A DNA stretch of 32,000 bases from Vibrio vulnificus CMCP6 (GCF_000039765.1 NC_004460.2:660001-692000), one strand, 5' to 3'; positions 17,116 to 24,081 are shown, counted from the first letter of the stretch. Notes: generated from the letters alone by a model not told the origin. Made by a program: numbers and translations.

Positions 17116-18039
17116 TCATGCGCACAAAGAGTGTGACTGAGACATCTCGTACACCGCTTTAGCTTTCTCGCTGTCGGCGGCAATGAACTCACCCGATTCT
17201 GACAAGTAGCCTAGGCTTGCCATCTGTTTCAGGACGATCGACAAGTTAAACAAGGCACGAAACTCTTCTAAGTGAACAATCGGCAAACGCTTAAAATCGA
17301 GTTTGTGTGCAAACACATCACTGTTTTCGGCCATCTGATGCATGCGTTGGGTCTGGATTCCGTATTCGAACCGGTCCAGTAACTTGCTGTAGTTGACCAC
17401 CAGTTCATCGAAATACACCACCACGTTATCAATTGACTCTTCGATCACCCTAAGTTGCTTCTGTTGTGCCTCCAGCTTGATGATCTCTTCACCTACTCGC
17501 GTACGCTCCTGCTTGGCACGCTCGAGCGACTCTTTGGCTTTCTTACGCGAAAAGAAGCCCAAAGTCAGCACCATGCCCAGTGTATCCAACAGGCCCATCT
17601 GATTAAAATCAATCAACATGATCTCGGATTTTGCCCTGACACCACGCTGCGGTTTAATCTCCAGAATGCGGTCATCGAATAGCTCTTCAAAAGGTTGCCC
17701 CTTAACCGTAACGTTGTGCATCCGCTTTGATACCTTGATAAAACGCTCGAAGTGAATCACGTAAATGTCCTGCTTCTGACGGTTGATCCGGCTGATCTTA
17801 GTCTCGATACTGGCAGATATCTGCCTGACTTCTTGCTCGTAAACCTGCTTGGCATCGGCAAACCGTTTTTCCGTTTCGGCAATGATTGATTCCGCTTCAT
17901 CGGCATAGTGCTGACCCGTAAAGGCGTTCCACACCTTAGAGCACGCCTGCTTTACAGCACCAAAGGCTCTCGATACGCTACTTTTTGCCGCACTAATTTT
18001 GCTTGAACACCAACTTCCTAAGCCGCTAAATAAGCCCAT
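17116..18039 (-). CDS. 307-aa coiled-coil protein with an MGLFSGLGSW N-terminus and one central hydrophobic segment; unknown family (PspA/ESCRT-III-like is only a hypothesis)
   Basis: AAGGA lies before the ATG, 3 nt after the upstream stop. Long heptad-like helical stretches. Central hydrophobic segment GLLDTLGMVLTLGFFS. Confidence 0.6.
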   Translation of the reverse strand: MGLFSGLGSWCSSKISAAKSSVSRAFGAVKQACSKVWNAFTGQHYADEAESIIAETEKRFADAKQVYEQEVRQISASIETKISRINRQKQDIYVIHFERFIKVSKRMHNVTVKGQPFEELFDDRILEIKPQRGVRAKSEIMLIDFNQMGLLDTLGMVLTLGFFSRKKAKESLERAKQERTRVGEEIIKLEAQQKQLRVIEESIDNVVVYFDELVVNYSKLLDRFEYGIQTQRMHQMAENSDVFAHKLDFKRLPIVHLEEFRALFNLSIVLKQMASLGYLSESGEFIAADSEKAKAVYEMSQSHSLCA

Positions 18040-18042
18040 ACA

Positions 18043-18447
18043 TTATTCCTTATCAATCATGGCGTAGCCTTCCGCCACCATATCGTTCATGGCACTCACC
18101 CAACGCTGCATCTTCTTCGCTTCATAGCCGTCGATCGCTAGTGCGTCGCTGAGCTTGCCCATAAACGCCTCTTCCTCGATGCACACTTCACCGTCGGCCA
18201 ACAGGATCCCGAACAGTTCAACCAGTATGATGCGTTTGCTTTTCCCTTTTGATTTTGCCAGCACTTTGATCACGGACTCAATGTTGTCCTGCTTGGTAAG
18301 GGTATGCTCCGTCAGACCACATTCCTGCACGAACGACTGATAAATCATCTGCTCTTCGGCCTTCTGCTCACCGTCCAACCCCATGGCATATTTCGCCAGT
18401 TCCAGGAAATTCTTCTTCTCGCCAATATTCAGTTCGGATAAGTACAT
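18043..18447 (-). CDS. 134-aa TerB-like domain protein
   Basis: Two-lobed pattern: FLELAKYAMGLDGEQKAEEQMIYQSF and LVELFGILLADGEVCIEEEAFMGKLSDAL. This resembles the TerB / DjlA-N-type repeat (A.ADG....E). GGGGA lies before the ATG. Confidence 0.55.
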   Translation of the reverse strand: MYLSELNIGEKKNFLELAKYAMGLDGEQKAEEQMIYQSFVQECGLTEHTLTKQDNIESVIKVLAKSKGKSKRIILVELFGILLADGEVCIEEEAFMGKLSDALAIDGYEAKKMQRWVSAMNDMVAEGYAMIDKE

Positions 18448-18463
18448 GTGTTGTCCCCAATAA

Positions 18464-19624
18464 TTAGTACGCTGTTTCTAGTTTTTGTTTTTCGTTGCCT
18501 TTCGGGTCATAGACCGTCTCAATGCGCTTGCTTATTTCACCGGCATCGTCATACAGGTATTCGAACACCAGGTTTCCGGCCTGGTCGAATTCACAACCCC
18601 GCGCCGGTTTTCCGTCCTCATTAAACGTCATCTGGTATTTGAGCTGGGTACCGGCAAAGGTATCACTGCTGCGCTTTTTGCCGTTTTTATAGTAAATCTG
18701 CGTCACCTGACCGGAGTGCTTGTCCTCGATCTGGGTCACTTTGCAATCGCCTAGCCGCTTGACGAAATCGTCCGTGTCAATCGTCAGATCCTGATGCCTG
18801 GCCAGTTCATTGGTCAGGCTCACCAGGTTATCGACCCGTAACTGCTGGATCTGGGTGGTTAACTGTTCAAGCTGGGCAATACCGGCCTGCTTGGCAGTGA
18901 AATCACGCTTATCATCCAGTTGATGAAGCGTTTGCAACAAGGCTTTCAGGCTGCTGTGGGACTGGCCCACCAGCTTCTGCACGTGGATAAACTCTTCGCT
19001 CTGTTTTTTTGTCAGTGACTGGGCACATTCCGCTTGGGTGCGTGCCAACTCAGAGTGTAGATGACGGCTTTCCTGGTGCTGCTCCTGGCTCAATGCATGT
19101 AGAGCCGCGATCTGCCTTTGCTGCTCTGCTGCCTGCTGCGCGATCAGTCCATCGGTTCTCGCTTGTATCGCAGACAAGTTGGCCCCCGTGCTGGTGTGCT
19201 GCTCCTGTAACTTTTGATCCAGCGCCAGCGCTGCACCTTTTAGCTCAGCCTCAGTCTCGGCAAGCTGTGAAGAGAGCTGAGTCAGCCCGCTTACCACTTC
19301 CTTCTCCGCAGCGGACAGGCGCGCTATCACTTGTTCTCCCTGCTGGCTAACTTCAGCAGTAACGTGCTGGATTGTGTCACCAGCAGCGGTTTTCATCACA
19401 CTGAGCAACTGGTCCGTTTTATCGCTGAGATGTTGGCTTAGCTCACCAGCTTGCCTGTCCATTTGCGCACAGTGCTGATCAAACCTGGCATTTACCCGCT
19501 CAGATTCATCGAGTGCCCATTGCTGCATCTGATGCTTTTTGTTGATCGAGATAGCTTGAAGTAGCACAACCAAGCCAGCACAGCCAACCAATGTCCAAAA
19601 TAGTAGCTCTAACGTAATTTCCAT
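18464..19624 (-). CDS. 386-aa single-pass membrane protein with a long Q/A/E-rich coiled coil and a C-terminal beta-hairpin-repeat (MORN/YD-like) module
   Basis: N-terminal TM segment LLFWTLVGCAGLVVLLQAISI. About 230 aa predicted helical. The C-terminus QIYYKNGKK...FNEDGKP...FDQAGNLVFEYLYDDAGEISKRIETVYDPKGNE has a G/Y-periodic repeat pattern. AAGGGA lies before the ATG. Confidence 0.6.
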   Translation of the reverse strand: MEITLELLFWTLVGCAGLVVLLQAISINKKHQMQQWALDESERVNARFDQHCAQMDRQAGELSQHLSDKTDQLLSVMKTAAGDTIQHVTAEVSQQGEQVIARLSAAEKEVVSGLTQLSSQLAETEAELKGAALALDQKLQEQHTSTGANLSAIQARTDGLIAQQAAEQQRQIAALHALSQEQHQESRHLHSELARTQAECAQSLTKKQSEEFIHVQKLVGQSHSSLKALLQTLHQLDDKRDFTAKQAGIAQLEQLTTQIQQLRVDNLVSLTNELARHQDLTIDTDDFVKRLGDCKVTQIEDKHSGQVTQIYYKNGKKRSSDTFAGTQLKYQMTFNEDGKPARGCEFDQAGNLVFEYLYDDAGEISKRIETVYDPKGNEKQKLETAY

Positions 19625-19664
19625 TATTGTTCCCTTACACAGGTTTTTACTTTGTTGTTGAGTA

Positions 19665-20657
19665 TCAGGAGACCGATGCCATCGGCTGGAGCTCGATATC
19701 CCAAATATTGTCGCCGAAGCTGTTTAGCCACTTTTTCAGGTAAAGCGAATCAATCACACTCGCGCTAATGTGCAGCGAATCATCACGCTCAACGACTTGC
19801 TGGTCCTTTGACAGCGGTGTTTCGCGCAGAAAGTAACCATCTGACTTGGTGATACAGAACTGCAGTCGACACTGCTGACCTTCGCCAAAGCCAAACCTTC
19901 CATCCGCATCGTATTTTGCCAGGTCAAAATCCACCGGGCGGTCAAAGATGAAGGTGGACAAGTGCGCGATGCTCACCCGATGGATGGCCAAAGTTCGCTC
20001 ATTCGTGTAACCTTCGAAACGACAGACTAGGTAAAGTCTGTTACCCTGCTGCGCGATACCAAGTGGCATAACGGTCGCTTTTTTCGGTTCGTTTTTGCTG
20101 TTGGTGTATTCAAGGCTCAACCACCGGTCTTCGTACAGACCCTGGCTGATGATCCTGAGTACTTCTTCGTCCAGATGCGGGGCGAGCAGAGGCTGGTTTT
20201 CACTTACAACTCTAACCTTCTTCAGCCAGTTTCGCTCTTTTTTGTTAGGTGAGGCCGGATTAAGCTGGTAGTCCGCCTCATAAAAGAACCCGCTCATGGC
20301 AGCCAACACTTTGCTCGGCAAAAGGCCCGCCAGGTATTCCCGAGCCAAGTGAAACAGCAGGGACTCCTGGGCCGAGAGGGTCGGCAGACTGAGTACCGCG
20401 TTGGCTTGGGTCAGCTTATATCCATAAGGTTTGCTTTTGTCATTGCGGTCAAGGTTAAACTGCTCTGATAAGGTTTCCATGATCCTCTGTAAAGTTCGGA
20501 TATCGCGTTCAATGCCTACCTCAGCCAACTGACTATGCAGCTCTTTAACCGTGATATACCTAGACTTGGGAATGCGTTTAAGGATCTCAAGGGCCAAGTT
20601 CAGAGATTCATTCAGAGATGACTTTTTTTTCATTTTAAGCTCATTTGTATACTGCAT
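19665..20657 (-). CDS. WYL-domain transcriptional regulator (N-terminal wHTH, WYL, C-terminal extension), BrxR/CapW-like
   Basis: wHTH-like segment ITVKELHSQLAEVGIERDIRTLQRIMETL. WYL-type core DRWLSLEYTNSKNEPKKATVMPLGIAQQGNRLYLVC. C-terminal ~100 aa domain. It is the first gene of the cassette. An alternative start is at 20633 (MKKKSS). Confidence 0.78.
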   Translation of the reverse strand: MQYTNELKMKKKSSLNESLNLALEILKRIPKSRYITVKELHSQLAEVGIERDIRTLQRIMETLSEQFNLDRNDKSKPYGYKLTQANAVLSLPTLSAQESLLFHLAREYLAGLLPSKVLAAMSGFFYEADYQLNPASPNKKERNWLKKVRVVSENQPLLAPHLDEEVLRIISQGLYEDRWLSLEYTNSKNEPKKATVMPLGIAQQGNRLYLVCRFEGYTNERTLAIHRVSIAHLSTFIFDRPVDFDLAKYDADGRFGFGEGQQCRLQFCITKSDGYFLRETPLSKDQQVVERDDSLHISASVIDSLYLKKWLNSFGDNIWDIELQPMASVS

Positions 20658-21080
20658 CTCGTGCGTCGAATAGCAAAAACTATCACAAAGACGCTATACA
20701 TTGCGTGATTTACGCCAGATTTATATTAGAGTTTTTTGATAGAAATCATACTCATATCGTTTATGATAATTTTACCGCTAGCTGCGTCAGAATATGTCGG
20801 ATGCAAAACACTGATTTCGGCAACAAAGTCCTTTTCATCTTACTCTCGGGAGGGTTCTGGAAGACTATCAAAGGTTCGGCTAACTAATGGCTGCTACGAA
20901 ATACCCTGAAAGCTCTTTTACTAACGCATCAGTTTAACCCTTGGTATCGTGGGAACGACTTATGTGTTTCCTTTAGGAGCACATTTCCGGATAATCCGAT
21001 ATCCTAGGAAGACAAAACCATCACTTATAATACGCTCACAAATCCATATTTTGTCGCCACTTACCAAATTTTGGAAAAAA

Positions 21081-21148
21081 AAGAGCCGCAAAAGCGGCTC
21101 TAGATAGTTTGTGATTTTCGAAGTGTCGGCTTACTTCTCTTTACCAAA
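21081..21148. repeat. Right copy of the direct repeat; also the native guaC terminator plus the last guaC codons
   Basis: The hairpin AAGAGCCGC-AAAA-GCGGCTCTT is preceded on the plus strand by A8, which is a T8 tail on the minus strand after guaC. It aligns with 11445-11518. Confidence 0.6.
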
Positions 21149-21394
21149 CACGTTGTTCTCTTGCTCAAGAACGCGGATGAACGTGGTGCGTTTTGTTAGC
21201 TCGCGAAGCTCGGCTGCGCCTACATAAGTACAAGTTGAACGCACGCCGCCAAGGATGTCTTGAATGGTGCCGTGAACACTGCCACGGTAAGGCAATAGTA
21301 CGGTTTTTCCTTCCGCTGCTCGGTAGCCTGCGACGCCGCCAGAGTGCTTGTCCATCGCGCTCTTTGAAGACATGCCGTATAACCTCAAGCGCAA
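21131..21394 (-). pseudogene. guaC: 3'-terminal fragment (~85 of ~347 codons) of GMP reductase gene guaC
   Basis: [76 protein letters not shown] is collinear with the recalled E. coli GuaC C-terminus ([34 protein letters not shown]...[33 protein letters not shown]). Homology stops near 21385-21400. Confidence 0.85.
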
Positions 21395-22364
21395 CCAAAA
21401 CAACCTTTTAAAAACAAATACTTAATGGAATATACATGTATAAAACAAGGTAAAATATGGCGAATAAGCACTCTCTTTTACGTTGTTTTTCAATGGGCGC
21501 CGCCATTTTTGCCGCCACTAAATATCCATACGAGCACTAGACCAACTAATAAACAGTCCCAAAGTCATAATTCCAAAAAGACACATACTCATCACTATGC
21601 TTAAGTGAGCATAAAGAAGAGGCATGGTAAAATCTTATTACTTACCACTATACTGCACGCAACATACCTGTAGTGGCAATCAAATCCCACAAGAGGAGTG
21701 CCATTCAGCACTCCTTTTCCGTTTTTAGAGGCTCTCAATGGCAGGTGTAACCCAGTTTCTTTATGGCACATGGCAATACTGTGTTCTTCTTGTTCACTCA
21801 CCTTCAGCCCTATATCGAAGTTAGGCAAAAGCATAACCCGCGCGTTTACACCAAGTTCTGTTGGTTAGCTCTAAACTGGCGAATCAAAAGGGACAACAAA
21901 GACCACAAATAGGTAAGCCAAGCACTATAAGAATCACGTGATGCTTTGGCCCGATATTTAAAATCCCAAACAAATACCATTGTGCGATTTCGGTATTTTC
22001 ATACATTGCTTGCACTTTCATTTTTCACGCATAGTGATTGCATTGATATTGGAATGATTGAAAACAAAGCGTCATTCGCGTTTACTTTTGAATCCAATAC
22101 ATAACTAAAAGAGTCGGCTGCTCTTTCTGCTGAAAGCGCCACAGATGGGCGCAGGACAGCTTAAATAACCTAACCAAATTCAGGCGCCTGTTAGGTGAGG
22201 CGCAGACCAATGCCAGTATTCTGAGTATCAATGCAAGCATCATCACTCGGTCTGAGGGAGTTAATTGGGAATATCACCTAAGCCTTTAACTTAAACCTTA
22301 AAGGTTGAGTTTGACTACACAAACTCACAAGCCAGTTTGTAGCACGAGCTCTGTAAGGGGCTCC

Positions 22365-22398
22365 ATTGTTGTGTGAATTTTACAGTCTACACAACAAT
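22365..22398. promoter_or_regulatory. Perfect 10-bp inverted repeat in the leader of the first ORF of the transfer region
   Basis: ATTGTTGTGT (22365-22374), N14, ACACAACAAT (22389-22398). It ends 21 bp before ATG 22420. Confidence 0.3.
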
Positions 22399-22419
22399 GC
22401 CCTACTACAAGGAGTGCCT

Positions 22420-22797
22420 ATGATCATCGTCTATGGATATTACAAGGACGAACCCATGGAACTGATTGGCAAAACGCTTGACCAACAAGGTACTTTCATT
22501 GCGGCCAAACCTATTGGACGCATTGATAATCGATTAACCTTTGCCGCACTTGTTGATAGCCCTGACCCCATTCATTTTCCAGTCGTTCTGCCCCACTGCG
22601 TTCTTGTTAAAGAACAAACATATACCCACAAGCCTTATAAACCCCATCTCGTCAATTCGGCGGTTATGGATGCCAAGCAGCGCAAAACCTATTGTAAAAA
22701 ACTCAAAAAGAGACAGCCCTTGAGTACTTCGAATTGGAAACTGCACATCAGTCGCAACCGAGGCCTTAAGTGGGTACGCGATCATTTAGCCGCTTAA
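22420..22797 (+). CDS. Hypothetical protein (125 aa) with a basic C-terminus, upstream of traA (position analogous to F traY/traJ-type regulators; function not supported by sequence)
   Basis: ATG 22420 lies behind AAGGAG. The track start 22366 is a non-ATG codon inside the inverted repeat. The tail is K/R-rich: KQRKTYCKKLKKRQ. Confidence 0.4.
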   Translation: MIIVYGYYKDEPMELIGKTLDQQGTFIAAKPIGRIDNRLTFAALVDSPDPIHFPVVLPHCVLVKEQTYTHKPYKPHLVNSAVMDAKQRKTYCKKLKKRQPLSTSNWKLHISRNRGLKWVRDHLAA

Positions 22798-22881
22798 TCT
22801 CATCACTTTTTAATCCCCAAATGGCTCCACGTCTTCCAGCGTTGAGTCTTTTTTATTTCAACTCAAATAAGGAAGCCATTT

Positions 22882-23178
22882 ATGCCTCTTATTAATCAAA
22901 AACATACCTACCACCTTCTTTTTCTATTGCTCGCCACCTTATTAGTACTCTGCTTCGCTACCCCATCCTTTGCCACTGACTTGTTTGCAGGTGGTAAAGC
23001 CACCATCAAATCAACCGCAGGTGACGATTCAGCGGCAGAAATGGCCATGCTAACCGCAGGTGCTCTCGGCGCCGCGGTTCTCGGTTTCACGACACGTAAC
23101 TGGTTCGCCGCCATTGGCGGTTTTGCTGGCGGTATGATTTTCTGGGAAGTCATTAAGCCACTGGTTGGCCTAGCTTAA
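22882..23178 (+). CDS. traA: F-type propilin TraA
   Basis: A long leader ends PSFA. The mature part, TDLFAGGKATIKSTAGDDSAAEMAMLTAGALGAAVLGFTTRNWFAAIGGFAGGMIFWEVIKPLVGLA, is collinear with recalled F pilin (DLMASGNTTVKATFGKDSSVVKWVVLAEVLVGAVMYMMTKNVKFLAGFAIISVFIAVGMAVVGL). Confidence 0.7.
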   Translation: MPLINQKHTYHLLFLLLATLLVLCFATPSFATDLFAGGKATIKSTAGDDSAAEMAMLTAGALGAAVLGFTTRNWFAAIGGFAGGMIFWEVIKPLVGLA

Positions 23179-23195
23179 AAGTCGGGCGGTGATGT

Positions 23196-23498
23196 ATGGA
23201 CAACCAACAGCTTTTTTTTGCTATCCCAAAACACCTCAGCAAAGGCAAGCGCATATCAGGTTTACCCCGAGACGAAGTCTTGCCCGGGTTTCTTCTCTTT
23301 GTGCTCTTCTTCTTAGCCGGTAAATACTTGATAGGCCTTATCTTTGCAGCCATTTGGTTTATAGGACTTCGGTATATCAAAGTTCAGTACGGTGAAAACA
23401 TCATCGCCTTAACCCTCTACTGGTGGGGGAACACCTCACTCAATCACAGTGTCTTCAAACACACTCCCGCAGCGCAAAAGCGTTACTGGCTCTCTTAA
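23196..23498 (+). CDS. traL: Type-F conjugative transfer protein TraL
   Basis: 100 aa. The pattern IPKHLSKGKRISGLPRDEVLP followed by a TM segment matches the TraL pattern (RFP..L......GLPLDE..P). It sits between traA and traE. Confidence 0.75.
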   Translation: MDNQQLFFAIPKHLSKGKRISGLPRDEVLPGFLLFVLFFLAGKYLIGLIFAAIWFIGLRYIKVQYGENIIALTLYWWGNTSLNHSVFKHTPAAQKRYWLS

Positions 23499-23511
23499 GA
23501 GGGGCACATTT

Positions 23512-24081
23512 ATGGATAACCAACACCAAGGTAACTTACTTGCACTGAGTAAGTTACTGAACTTTCTCCTCGTCTTTGGGTTTGCGGCATCAATGCTCGT
23601 GAACGTGGTCTTAGGTCTTAGCTTGGCGAAAACCTTATCGGAAAAGAGTCGAACTCTCGTTCCCCCTACGATTTCACAAGCATTTACGATTTCAGATACG
23701 GCCATTGATGCGCCTTACCTTCAGCTTATGGGCGAATACTTTTTAAAGCTCAAGCTCAACGTGACACCTGCGAATGTCTTTAGACAATACGGCCTCTTGC
23801 TCGACTATGTGCCTACAGAAAACTGGTCAACGATTCAACCGGTCCTAGTCAAAGATGCCGAGCATCTTAAAAAGTACAACACGACCAGTCGCTTTGACGC
23901 CCTGCCTGGGCGAACTGAAATTTCGATTGAAAATAGGCAGTTCAAACAGACGGGCCACCTTACTAAAACCGTTGGCGATCGCACACTGCCATCAGAGCTT
24001 GTAACCTACACCGTTCAAATGGATTACAGCAACGGCGTGATTGAACTCATTGGCATCAAGAAACAAGGAGCAAAAGAATGA
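23512..24081 (+). CDS. traE: Type-F conjugative transfer protein TraE
   Basis: N-terminal TM segment. PPTISQAFTISDTAIDAPYLQLMGEYFLKLKLNVTPANV is collinear with F TraE (TPMAFNAPFAVSQNSADASYLQQMALSFIALRLNVSSETV). I take the start at ATG 23512, after the traL stop, not the track start 23449. Confidence 0.85.
   Translation: MDNQHQGNLLALSKLLNFLLVFGFAASMLVNVVLGLSLAKTLSEKSRTLVPPTISQAFTISDTAIDAPYLQLMGEYFLKLKLNVTPANVFRQYGLLLDYVPTENWSTIQPVLVKDAEHLKKYNTTSRFDALPGRTEISIENRQFKQTGHLTKTVGDRTLPSELVTYTVQMDYSNGVIELIGIKKQGAKE

Noticed and set aside
16153-19350. Plus-strand ORFs inside the cassette: 16153-16455, 16910-17107, 17393-17602, 17455-17682, 18155-18340, 18485-18754 and 19009-19350
   Set aside because: They are antisense shadows of the five tightly packed minus-strand genes. 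None has a ribosome-binding site or a recognisable domain.
20645-20887. 80-aa plus-strand ORF in the spacer upstream of the WYL regulator
   Set aside because: It overlaps the regulator start codon region, has no Shine-Dalgarno sequence, and shows odd composition. I treated the region as the regulator's promoter and leader instead.
21165-21411. Alternative ORFs 21165-21398 (-) and 21193-21411 (+) over the guaC fragment
   Set aside because: Only the 21131-21394 minus frame is collinear with the GMP reductase C-terminus. The others are frame shadows.
21601-21834. 77-aa minus-strand ORF in the AT-rich leader of the transfer region
   Set aside because: It has no ribosome-binding site, signal or motif that I can recognise, and it is an isolated ORF in AT-rich DNA. 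I left it unannotated, but it could be a gene remnant.
22908-23705. Minus-strand ORFs antisense to traA, traL and traE (22908-23153, 23153-23380, 23436-23705)
   Set aside because: The plus-strand frames match TraA, TraL and TraE collinearly. The antisense products are basic and low-complexity.
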